A program made the position numbers and the translations under genes. A model generated the notes under the pieces. It searched no databases, was not told the origin of the DNA, and worked only from the letters and a program-made list of their open reading frames with translations. A DNA stretch of 24,015 nucleotides from an uncultured bacterium (GTDB lineage: Bacteria > T1Sed10-126): assembly GCA_964566495.1 (NCBI GenBank), contig CAZMIT010000006.1, forward strand, positions 1 to 24,015. Direction: 5' to 3'. Position 1 is the first letter of the stretch. Each line of letters starts with the position of its first letter. This document shows, piece by piece, positions 8,137 through 16,519 of this stretch.

Positions 8137-8490
8137 ATGAGTGCTGACCTGGTAGAGTATATATTTGAAATTTTATCCGATAACAAGGCCGAAGATATTT
8201 CCGTTCTTGAGGTTACTGACCAGATAGGCCTTACTGACTACTTCATTATTGCCAGCAGTCAATCACGACCTCATTTGAGTTTTTTGAACCGGGAAGTTAA
8301 ACAGAAAGTAAAACAGCAGAGAGAAACACAGCCGCTGGCCCGCGAAGGCAATGCCGACGGCGGCTGGTTAATTATTGATTACGGTTCTGTCATAGTTCAC
8401 CTTTTTCTACCCGAAACACGTGCTTATTACAACCTCGAGGGACTCTGGGCCGACGCCCCCAGATTGGAGTCCCAATATCTCAAAACGTGA
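8137..8490 (+). CDS. rsfS: Ribosome silencing factor RsfS (Iojap)
   Basis: DNKAEDISVL, TDYFIIAS, WLIIDYGSVIVHLF...RAYYNLEGLW; start ATG 8137 (alternative GTG 8125). Confidence 0.95.
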   Translation: MSADLVEYIFEILSDNKAEDISVLEVTDQIGLTDYFIIASSQSRPHLSFLNREVKQKVKQQRETQPLAREGNADGGWLIIDYGSVIVHLFLPETRAYYNLEGLWADAPRLESQYLKT

Positions 8491-8500
8491 GGGTTGGTCA

Positions 8501-9049
8501 ATGGAATTTCAGGATGAGTTTGAAAAAATCCTCCTCACCCGCGAGGAGATAAATCAGAAGGTTAAATCTCTTGGTACCCGGCTCAGCGAAGACTACCAGG
8601 ATAAAAATCCCCTGCTTGTCGGTGTGCTGCGAGGCTGTGTCACCTTCATGGCCGATTTGATGCGCGAGATAGAGGTGCCCGTGGAAATTGATTTCCTCTC
8701 CGTCGCCAGCTACGGCCAGTCCGCTTTCACAAGCGGTGTTGTCCGCGTTCTCAAGGACCTCAGTGAAGATGTCGACGGCCGACACATAATTCTGGTTGAA
8801 GATATAGTTGACTCCGGTCTTACCCTGAACTACCTGCTCAACTATTTAAAGGGACGCAACCCCGCTTCAATAGCCACCTGTGTTTTACTTGATAAGCCTT
8901 ATCGCCGTGAGGTTGATGTGGAGGCCGACTACGTTGGCTTCGAAGTCCCTGATAAATTTCTCGTCGGCTACGGACTGGACTACGCCCAAAAATATCGTAA
9001 CTTACCCTATGTTGCTACTCTGAAAGATAACGCTATCGAGGAGGATTAA
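8501..9049 (+). CDS. hpt: Hypoxanthine phosphoribosyltransferase
   Basis: VGVLRG, VASYG, PRPP motif LVEDIVDSGLT, LLDK, FLVGYGLDY...YRNLP. ATG 8501 avoids overlap with rsfS. Confidence 0.96.
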   Translation: MEFQDEFEKILLTREEINQKVKSLGTRLSEDYQDKNPLLVGVLRGCVTFMADLMREIEVPVEIDFLSVASYGQSAFTSGVVRVLKDLSEDVDGRHIILVEDIVDSGLTLNYLLNYLKGRNPASIATCVLLDKPYRREVDVEADYVGFEVPDKFLVGYGLDYAQKYRNLPYVATLKDNAIEED

Positions 9050-9051
9050 CC

Positions 9052-9537
9052 GTGGATAAGCTGCTGAAACTGCTTGAAGAAAACGGTCGTCTGCCAGTTG
9101 AAGAACTGGCTGCGGCACTGGAACTGCCCGAAGAGGAAGTGCGCGAAAAAATTCACGACTACGAGAAAAATGGTGTCATTAAGGGATACCGAGCTGTCAT
9201 TAATAAGAGTAACCTCTCCGAACCCCCGGACTCTGTTACCGGTCTGATTGAAGTGGATATAGCCCCTCAGCCGGACACTGGTTTTGATGAAATAGCCCGC
9301 GAAATATATGACCACCCGGAGGTTAAGTCCTGCTACCTCTGTTCCGGTGACTACGACCTCCTCGTCCGGATCGAGGCCGAGAGCCTCAATGAAATCGCCG
9401 AGTTTGTAGCCCGCGAGTTAGCTCCCCTTCAAAACGTTCACAAGACGGAATCTCATTTTATGCTCAAGACCTACAAAGAAGCCGGTGTTAACTTTGAAGC
9501 CCCCTCACAGGATCGCCGCCTGTCGATCTCACCATGA
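9052..9537 (+). CDS. Lrp/AsnC-family transcriptional regulator
   Basis: N-terminal HTH (LLEENGRLPVEELAAAL...GVIKGY) and RAM domain (CSGDYDLL); overlaps the aminotransferase, as in YugG/YugH-type pairs. Confidence 0.92.
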   Translation: MDKLLKLLEENGRLPVEELAAALELPEEEVREKIHDYEKNGVIKGYRAVINKSNLSEPPDSVTGLIEVDIAPQPDTGFDEIAREIYDHPEVKSCYLCSGDYDLLVRIEAESLNEIAEFVARELAPLQNVHKTESHFMLKTYKEAGVNFEAPSQDRRLSISP

Positions 9538-10715
9538 TTGAGATCTCAGAAACGGTCGCCGACCTGAAACCCTCCGGGATAAGAGAATTTTTCGACCTGG
9601 TAATGAGCATGGACGATGTCATTTCCCTGGGCGTTGGGGAACCGGATTTCGCTACCCCATGGCACATACGCGAGGCCGCCATACAATCTATTGAAGACGG
9701 CTATACCAATTACACTTCCAACACCGGAATGCCTGAGCTCCGCAACGCCATCTCCGAACACATGGGCTCTGTACACAACCTCGATTACGACCCCGAAGAC
9801 GAACTACTCATCACTACCGGGGTCAGCGAAGGAATGGACCTTGCTATGCGGGCCCTCCTTAACCCCGGCGATGAGGTTATTGTCCCTACCCCCTGTTACG
9901 TATCTTACCTTCCCACAGCAAAAATGGCCGGCGGACGTGTTAAAACTCTTAATACCGCTAAAAATGATTTTAAAATTGATCCCGCTCAACTGGACCGCTT
10001 GATTTCCGCCAAAACTAAATTGCTTGTCCTCAACTACCCCTCTAACCCAACCGGGGTTACCTACGGTAAAAAGGAATTAGCTAAAATTGCTGAACTGGTT
10101 CGAGAACACGAGCTCATTGTTATCTCTGACGAAATTTACGGTCACCTAACCTATAATCACGACCATTACCCTTTCCCCACCCTCGAGGCCATGCAGGAGC
10201 ATACCGTATTTCTTAACGGCTACTCCAAGAGCTGCGCCATGACCGGCATGCGCATCGCTTACGCCGCCGGACCTGAAAAAATAATTGGCGCCATGAATAA
10301 AATACATCAATACACAATGCTCTGTGCCCCAACGACTTCACAGTTCGCCGCCGTCGAGGCAACTCGACACGGTGCCGACGCAATCGAAGACATGAAGGGG
10401 GAATATGAGCGCCGTCGTAACCTCGTTCACAACCGGCTCAACGAAATGGGCCTCGACTGTCCGCTTCCCGAAGGTGCCTTCTACGCCTTCCCCTCCGTCC
10501 AAAACACTGGCCTTGACCCCGAAGAGTTTTGTCGAAAACTTCTGTCCGAACATAGCGTTGCCGCTGTCCCCGGCGCTGCCTTTGGCCCCGGCGGGGAGAC
10601 CAATATTCGTATCTCTTACGCCACCGGTTTCCAGCAGCTGCGCGAAGCCCTCTCCCGAATGAAAGAATTTGTTCATGAACACACCCGCCACAAATCCTCG
10701 TCAACCAGTTCCTAA
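9534..10715 (+). CDS. PLP-dependent class I/II aminotransferase (AspC/AlaT-like)
   Basis: SLGVGEPDF, NYPSNPTG, ISDEIY, NGYSK (PLP Lys)...MTGMRIAY, PEGAFY, AVPG, IRISY. Confidence 0.95.
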   Translation: MIEISETVADLKPSGIREFFDLVMSMDDVISLGVGEPDFATPWHIREAAIQSIEDGYTNYTSNTGMPELRNAISEHMGSVHNLDYDPEDELLITTGVSEGMDLAMRALLNPGDEVIVPTPCYVSYLPTAKMAGGRVKTLNTAKNDFKIDPAQLDRLISAKTKLLVLNYPSNPTGVTYGKKELAKIAELVREHELIVISDEIYGHLTYNHDHYPFPTLEAMQEHTVFLNGYSKSCAMTGMRIAYAAGPEKIIGAMNKIHQYTMLCAPTTSQFAAVEATRHGADAIEDMKGEYERRRNLVHNRLNEMGLDCPLPEGAFYAFPSVQNTGLDPEEFCRKLLSEHSVAAVPGAAFGPGGETNIRISYATGFQQLREALSRMKEFVHEHTRHKSSSTSS

Positions 10716-11364
10716 AACACCGCTCATCCTGCAAGCTCGCCGGGCTGAATTCCTCCCTTACCTCTCCCAGAGACCGGGTTTTGAAAGACGGTCAGAGGCC
10801 GGAATAGATTTCTTCCGGCTCTCCTTTGACAATTTTTATACACGTGTTTTTGAAATAGGAAGCTCCCCCGAGGAAATCAACCGGCGGCTCAATTCATTGC
10901 CGCTCGATTGGCTTAAAGATCCTGTTTTGTTCCTTGGCACAGCCGGAGCTCTAACCGATCGCCTGAAGATTTACTCCCTATTTTTGGCGGAAAAAATTAT
11001 TGGCGGGAAGGTTAACTCACCTCTTCGGATAAATAACGAGGCGGTAATTCACCGTGATTGCTTACAAAAGTTCACACCTGATTTTAACGCCGCTACCCTC
11101 TTCACCAGTTCAACCCCCTTACTTGAGCGAGAAAAACGCCGGCAGGCTCAGCAAGAGCAACAAGCTCAGGCGGTTGACCTTGAAGCCGCTCACCTCTGTA
11201 TCGCCCTGCGAAATCGCCAGCCCGATATCAGCTTTGGCTGTTTGAAAATTATTTCCGATAAACTCGATGATTCACAATACTCTACCGTTCTCGCGCAGCA
11301 AAAACCGGCTTTGAAAAAAATGTGGGATTTCATCCTTAACTCCCCCGAACTCTTCCGCCACTAA
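10669..11364 (+). CDS. Nucleoside phosphorylase/MTA-SAH nucleosidase superfamily (PNP_UDP_1-like) protein; start uncertain
   Basis: ILQARRAEF (A-xxx-E), LFLGTAGAL, LFTS, AVDLEAA and LKIISD match the superfamily motif order. Confidence 0.7.
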   Translation: MFMNTPATNPRQPVPKTPLILQARRAEFLPYLSQRPGFERRSEAGIDFFRLSFDNFYTRVFEIGSSPEEINRRLNSLPLDWLKDPVLFLGTAGALTDRLKIYSLFLAEKIIGGKVNSPLRINNEAVIHRDCLQKFTPDFNAATLFTSSTPLLEREKRRQAQQEQQAQAVDLEAAHLCIALRNRQPDISFGCLKIISDKLDDSQYSTVLAQQKPALKKMWDFILNSPELFRH

Positions 11365-12482
11365 ACCAACCCCACACTTCTCTGTAACAAATATATCCCG
11401 CCCCCCAAAAACAGCAGTGGCGCGACATAAACTGGGGCTGAGGCGGGTAGCAATGGCGTGATGAAAAAGAAATAATCAGCCTTCGCATAGGCCAGCACCA
11501 TGTGAAAAAACGCCCAGTAAATTAAGGCAACCAGCAGCAGCGTCCCCAGCCCGGCTGGCCGGCTCAGCTTGGTTCCCGCACCCACGTATATCCCCAGCAC
11601 TCCCAGGGCCAGAATCGTTAGTGGATAACTGTATTTCCAGTGGTAAAAAACCTGTTCCGCTGTCGTGTTCATCCCCCGCCGCTCCCGAAAATTTATCGCC
11701 GCCCGAAGATCCGCAGCAGTAAATTCCTCCGGCCGCCTGTCAACTCGACGCGGGTTTGCCTCCATTATCTGTTTTAAAACACCAGGCGGATCTAAACTCA
11801 TCACGTATTCATCTCGCTGGCTCAACCGAAACCGTCCCGGCCCTTCAAAATCCCGCACCTCCAACTCCTTGAGTATCCAGCCCTCTCCTATCACGTATTC
11901 CCCCCGCTCGGCGTCCAGCCGCCGACTCAGTTCGTCATTTTCTAATGACTGTACAACAATTCCCTCCGCTCTATTTTCATCTGCTATCAACTTGTCCATC
12001 TTCACCAGACTGCCGTCCGGCATCCTAAAATGCAAGTCCCTGTATTCTGGCGGCGACTCCTCCCTCCCCGGGATTACGTAATTTTCGATATGTCTGTATC
12101 CCTGCGACACATCGGCCATCCATAATACCCCGAATAAAACACCCACCGCCGTAAGCAGCAGCAGAAAAACTATCGGCATTCTTAATAACTTCAGTGGCGC
12201 GACACCACTGTTTAGGACGGCGGTCCACTGGTTGCTCTCCCGCCAGCCGTTCAACCCCCAGAATCCTCCCAGCATGGCTACCAGTGGCAGCATATAAAAC
12301 GTCGCATAAAGAAAACGGTAAAAAACATAGTTCATTACTACTCCGGCTGCCGGACGGTATTCAAGTATGTCGTCCAGCGTTCCAAAAAGATCCGCCAGTA
12401 AAAAAAGAAAGACACAAATCAATAGACTCATCGCCGCCGGCAGCACAAATAGCCGTAAAAATTTCCGGTCAAGGATTCTCAT
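11361..12482 (-). CDS. lptG: LptF/LptG (YjgP/YjgQ) LPS export permease
   Basis: MRILDRKFLR start, three TM helices, SNQWTAVLNSG, periplasmic beta-jellyroll (LDAERGEY...W), HWKYSYPL, then three TM helices. The F versus G assignment is not certain. Confidence 0.8.
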   Translation of the reverse strand: MRILDRKFLRLFVLPAAMSLLICVFLFLLADLFGTLDDILEYRPAAGVVMNYVFYRFLYATFYMLPLVAMLGGFWGLNGWRESNQWTAVLNSGVAPLKLLRMPIVFLLLLTAVGVLFGVLWMADVSQGYRHIENYVIPGREESPPEYRDLHFRMPDGSLVKMDKLIADENRAEGIVVQSLENDELSRRLDAERGEYVIGEGWILKELEVRDFEGPGRFRLSQRDEYVMSLDPPGVLKQIMEANPRRVDRRPEEFTAADLRAAINFRERRGMNTTAEQVFYHWKYSYPLTILALGVLGIYVGAGTKLSRPAGLGTLLLVALIYWAFFHMVLAYAKADYFFFITPLLPASAPVYVAPLLFLGGGIYLLQRSVGLV

Positions 12483-12484
12483 CA

Positions 12485-13930
12485 CTATCCCCCGGCTCCA
12501 CTCAGGTTATCAACTACATATTGAAAGAAAATGTCAACAATACCGGGATCAATCGCGCCGGCGGTTGCTTCTTCCTCCAGTATCTCTTCCGCTCGCTCGT
12601 TCGACAGCGGCTCTTTATACGGCCGATCGGGGGCAGTTAAGGCCTCGTAAATGTCAACCGCCGCCAGTATCCGGGCCCGTATTGGTATCTCCTCTCCCGC
12701 CAATCCCCGCGGATAACCCTGCCCGTTAAGCTTCTCGTGATGCAGCGAGGCCAGCCAGGGGACTTCTTCCAACCCCTCCGTCCAGTTTACCTGCTGCAGA
12801 ATTTCATAGGTTGCCATTGGATGCTCCCGTATCTGTCCCCATTCCTCCTCGGTTAACGTTCCTCTTTCAGCTAACAGACTGTCGTATTCTTCCTCCGTTA
12901 GAAGCTTCTGACTTTCTCCCGTCGGCAATTTCACGGTAACCTCAGCCAGTGACTTAATTTTTTCACGCAGCTGGTCTGAAATTTTATGGGCTTGATTTGC
13001 TTCCTTAATCTGCCTGTATAGACTCTGCATATCTTCTATCCTGTCTATTGATTCCAGGTAAGCCAGCCTGTATTCCAGAGCTGACATACACTCCTCGGAA
13101 AGTCGGTTCTCTTTCTGTAAAATCTCTTCCGGGACAGCCAGTTTCCCTATGTCGTGAGTCAGAGCGGCGTAGTGCAGGGCGGTTATTTCCTGTTCTGTAA
13201 ATTCAACCTCAGACCAGCGCCCCTCCTCCAGCTGATCAATTACTTTCGCAGTTTCTACCGCATATCCGGCCAGCCGTTGACTATGACCGGAGGTCACCTT
13301 ATCCCGGCGTTCAATCCCGGAAACAAGAGTTGCAATTAATCCTTCAAGCATATCCTGTATCTGCTCCTCCAGGGTCGCCCGCTCCAGCGCCACCGCCGCC
13401 TGGCTGGCGGCGGCAAGCACAAGACGCGCCTCCTCGTCCGGGTATGGATGAATTTCTGTCTCACTTGCCGGTCGCATGGGCTCCTCTTTCTTGTTAATTA
13501 ACTGCAACACTCCCCTGACCTTGCCCGCCCGGTTCTTTAACGGCACTACCAGTATCGACTCCGTACGATAATTGAATTTTTCGTCAAATTCTCGATTCGG
13601 CTGACAGGGGAGTTTCTCCTCCTCCTCATACGCATCCTCAATATTAAGAACCTCGCCTGTATCAGCGACGTAACCCGCCAGGCTACCACTCCCCACCTCG
13701 ACGCTCTCCCCCTGCTGCGGGGAAAAATCAACGCTGTCGTTCTGGGCCTGCTCAAAAAGGAGGTAGTTTTCTCCCGCCTCCTCTACCATCCTGTAAATTG
13801 TTCCCGCATCACTATCCGTCAACTCACGCAGCCCGCTTAATATTGAACTTAAAAGCTCACCTAAAGAGCGCTTCTCCGTCATCTCCTGGCCTAACTCTAC
13901 CAGTTCTTCCGCCCAGCGCCTGTAATTCAT
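12485..13930 (-). CDS. GAF + HD-GYP phosphodiesterase (cyclic dinucleotide), with an insertion in the HD domain
   Basis: GAF (SLAGYVADTGEVLNIEDAY...YRTESILVVPL...GVLQLINK), HSQRLA, HDIGK, HHEKLNGQGYP, AVDIYEALTA.DRPYK; SD GGAGG before ATG 13930. Confidence 0.93.
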   Translation of the reverse strand: MNYRRWAEELVELGQEMTEKRSLGELLSSILSGLRELTDSDAGTIYRMVEEAGENYLLFEQAQNDSVDFSPQQGESVEVGSGSLAGYVADTGEVLNIEDAYEEEEKLPCQPNREFDEKFNYRTESILVVPLKNRAGKVRGVLQLINKKEEPMRPASETEIHPYPDEEARLVLAAASQAAVALERATLEEQIQDMLEGLIATLVSGIERRDKVTSGHSQRLAGYAVETAKVIDQLEEGRWSEVEFTEQEITALHYAALTHDIGKLAVPEEILQKENRLSEECMSALEYRLAYLESIDRIEDMQSLYRQIKEANQAHKISDQLREKIKSLAEVTVKLPTGESQKLLTEEEYDSLLAERGTLTEEEWGQIREHPMATYEILQQVNWTEGLEEVPWLASLHHEKLNGQGYPRGLAGEEIPIRARILAAVDIYEALTAPDRPYKEPLSNERAEEILEEEATAGAIDPGIVDIFFQYVVDNLSGAGG

Positions 13931-14164
13931 TAAAGCATCCTCCCGGTCCAAGATCCTTCCGTAGAAGAACTACATTCCTTCCCCTGACACGCAGACCATT
14001 TAAAGTTCAGGTAACTGTTTAGCGCCCTCATCTTTTCTCCCCCTCACTCTAACCCTCTCCTCGTCGGTAGGTTCTGTCTTGCCCCCGCTCCCTGTTCTGT
14101 TTTTCATCACCAAATGTTATCATTTAATAGGTTAATTTATTAACTCGACCTACCGGTGACCATT

Positions 14165-15073
14165 ATGCTGTTTAAACGACCCCTATTCATAATTTTTATC
14201 AGCGGTCTAATTGCTTTCGCAGTCAGCTTCTCTGGCGGCTATTACTGGGCCACTTCTCCCGCCGAGGAAGCGGAAGATAAACAAGTCGCCGCGCTCGATG
14301 ATTCTCCCGGTGACAAAGACAAAACTGAGGATGAAGAGCCGCAATATGACGAACCAACAATGGACGATTGGGCCAGCTTCATCAACTACGAAGGCGACCG
14401 TGTCGAGATGCTCGGCGTAAAACGCGAATACAGCCAGGTAAATATGCGCCGGGGCCCCGCCACTGAGTATGAGATTGTCAAAACCCCGGCCGGTGGATCA
14501 TTACTCGGTCCGCTTGATATTTTTGAGGGCTGGTTCCGGGCCCGTTATCTTGACGGCACCGTCGGCTGGATTCACCGCTCCCTGGTTCGACAAATACGGG
14601 CCCCAAAAACAATCGCCGAAGAATTTCGCCAGGATCTTCCTCCACTCAAAGAATCCGTACGGGAAAAAATGCCGACCGATTTTTTTAACAAAACTAACGT
14701 CGAAGTTAATGCTGAAAGAGTCAACCTGCGCCAGGGTGCGGGCATACAGTTCACAATTACCGGCCGCGCCTACTCACACCAGGTCTTTCGACTTTTAGCC
14801 CGTAAAGAAGACTGGGTCTATGTCCAGACCCACCTCGGTAATGTCGGCTGGCTTCACGCTGATTATGTCAAGATTAACCGACCCGCCTCCCCCGAATTGT
14901 CTCCCGTTGAAGTCGCTGAAGCTAACATCTGGCCTAACCGTGACCAGCAGTTTCGCCCCCTTGTTCGGATTGAATCGCCTCAGCAACTCACCGTGCTTGA
15001 GCAGGAGTCCGGGTGGCTTTTAGTTGAAACAGATGATGGTAATATCGGCTGGTTTAACCAGTCTACTGGATAG
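14165..15073 (+). CDS. Membrane-anchored protein with three bacterial SH3 (SH3b) domains
   Basis: N-terminal TM segment and acidic linker, then VNMRRGP...GW..DGTVGWI, VNLRQGAG...DWVYV...GNVGWL, and ANIW...GWLLV..DGNIGWF. Start ATG 14165 (alternative GTG 14156). Confidence 0.85.
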   Translation: MLFKRPLFIIFISGLIAFAVSFSGGYYWATSPAEEAEDKQVAALDDSPGDKDKTEDEEPQYDEPTMDDWASFINYEGDRVEMLGVKREYSQVNMRRGPATEYEIVKTPAGGSLLGPLDIFEGWFRARYLDGTVGWIHRSLVRQIRAPKTIAEEFRQDLPPLKESVREKMPTDFFNKTNVEVNAERVNLRQGAGIQFTITGRAYSHQVFRLLARKEDWVYVQTHLGNVGWLHADYVKINRPASPELSPVEVAEANIWPNRDQQFRPLVRIESPQQLTVLEQESGWLLVETDDGNIGWFNQSTG

Positions 15074-16141
15074 TTAAACAGCTTCCAGCAGTCGTCTCCC
15101 GAGAGCATCACATTCCTCAACCGCTTTGATTACATCATCAACTTCTAACTCTATTTTTTCCCCCTGGAACCTCTCGGCAATTTCTTCTGCCGCCTCGGTT
15201 ACAATAGTATCCTGTTGGTGTTCCGGCAGACTCATACCGTCCAGACTTATCGGCAGCTGTAGATCACGGAAAAACTTCGCCAGTTTCTCTATCTCCGACT
15301 CACCAAGCAACCGCTCCTGCACTATCGCACAAAAGGACGCCGCTTCCCCGTAAATTAAAGGTTCCTCTGCGTAAGGCACCAGCTTTTGGGCCATGTAGTG
15401 GGCAATACGACCCGGCATTGGTGTCCCGGCCAGCGTTATTATTAATCCTGCCTGCAAAATTATTGCCTCCACCGCTGAACTCAATCTCTCCGTCATCTCT
15501 CCCTTCTTGACATCAGCGATCGCTCCCCGCCCCCGCTCATAAAAAAAACTTCGCAGCTTCTCACTTGATTCTCGTGCCATTTTTCTACCAAAATGCTCCC
15601 CCTCACGCTTTAAAAACCTGGTAACCGAATAAGCTCCCGCCATACCGGCGGCCAGGTAACGGCTGGAAGCAAGTCCCGCCGCCTTGTGATCCAGCAGCAG
15701 TAAGTTCGGACACACTTCCAGCGACAACTGCTCTACAAAGTCACCGTCCTCTGTGTACAGGTGCACATGATTTGTGAAGGCAGCCGGGGAACTTGGAACT
15801 GTCGGTATGGTTACAACCGCACAGCCGCTGCGCTCACCAACAAACTTAGCCACGTCCATTGTCGTCCCCCCACCAAGACCTACTGCTATATCTGCTTTCT
15901 CGGCTTCCAACTTGTCTACCAGCCGCTCTACTTCCGGCTGACAGCACTCTCCCAGGCAAACCTCAAAACTTACCCCCAGCATGGATTTCTTCAACGCCTC
16001 CCTGATTACCTCTTCATGCCTCTCCAGGGAGGATTTGTCCGCAATTATTAACACTCTCTCCCCCAGCCCCTCCAGGTGCTCGCCTATACCTTCCAGTAGT
16101 TTGGGGCCCGATAGATAACGCTGCGGCGCAATCCTTAACAT
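15074..16141 (-). CDS. Glycerol dehydrogenase / iron-ADH family protein with degenerate metal site
   Basis: PQRYLSG, GECCQPEV, GLGGGTTMDVAK, IPT, LAAGM and LQLPISL follow the GldA layout; SD GAGGAGGT upstream. Confidence 0.85.
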   Translation of the reverse strand: MLRIAPQRYLSGPKLLEGIGEHLEGLGERVLIIADKSSLERHEEVIREALKKSMLGVSFEVCLGECCQPEVERLVDKLEAEKADIAVGLGGGTTMDVAKFVGERSGCAVVTIPTVPSSPAAFTNHVHLYTEDGDFVEQLSLEVCPNLLLLDHKAAGLASSRYLAAGMAGAYSVTRFLKREGEHFGRKMARESSEKLRSFFYERGRGAIADVKKGEMTERLSSAVEAIILQAGLIITLAGTPMPGRIAHYMAQKLVPYAEEPLIYGEAASFCAIVQERLLGESEIEKLAKFFRDLQLPISLDGMSLPEHQQDTIVTEAAEEIAERFQGEKIELEVDDVIKAVEECDALGRRLLEAV

Positions 16142-16170
16142 ACTATACCTCCTCAGTATTTTCGCCCCCC

Positions 16171-16198
16171 AACTACGTCAAAGTATTTTGACGTAGTT
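16171..16198. repeat. 28 bp palindrome with 12 bp perfect arms, just upstream of the gldA-like RBS
   Basis: AACTACGTCAAA-gtat-TTTGACGTAGTT. Confidence 0.8.
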
Positions 16199-16303
16199 CC
16201 GAAGCACTTAATTCAGCAGTTGCAAGCAAGATAGCTCATATCTTTCTCTATGCGTTTATTTTTGCTCAAATAGTTATTGACCCCTGCTTTGTTAAAAACG
16301 GTA

Positions 16304-16441
16304 GTTCTGAGGGCCGATGTGTTTCTGACGGATTTATAACGACCTCTTACCCCAGGATGGGGTTGGTTTGAGGTCGTTATACCTCGGAAGTGGCCTGGAG
16401 GGCCACGAGAATGATGTCAGAAATATATCGGTCCTCAGAAC
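16304..16441 (+). ncRNA. Candidate structured RNA or MITE-like element (three-way junction, 27 bp outer stem)
   Basis: 16304-16330 pairs with 16415-16441 (23 Watson-Crick + 4 G-U); 16335-16346/16370-16381 is a perfect 12 bp stem; 16390-16395/16401-16406 is a third stem. The structure is clear but the class is unknown. Confidence 0.5.
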
Positions 16442-16519
16442 GGGGAAACCGCAAAATTATGGTAAATATCTATAACCTTTGATTAGCCCGGTTTCAGCAT
16501 GGGTTTCAACAGAACAAAG

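Noticed and set aside
8420..8500. Longer N-termini given by the ORF track for hpt (8420), ispA (22514), rplU (779) and HD-GYP (13951)
   Set aside because: They overlap neighbouring genes or run through the SD; the downstream ATGs fit family N-termini better.
14065..14155. Inverted repeat CGGTAGGT/ACCTACCG
   Set aside because: Only 8 bp, 75 nt apart, with no supporting internal structure.
16304..16441. Retron msr-msd, tRNA or Rho-independent terminator
   Set aside because: No reverse transcriptase nearby, no cloverleaf or T-loop, and far larger than a terminator with no U-tract.
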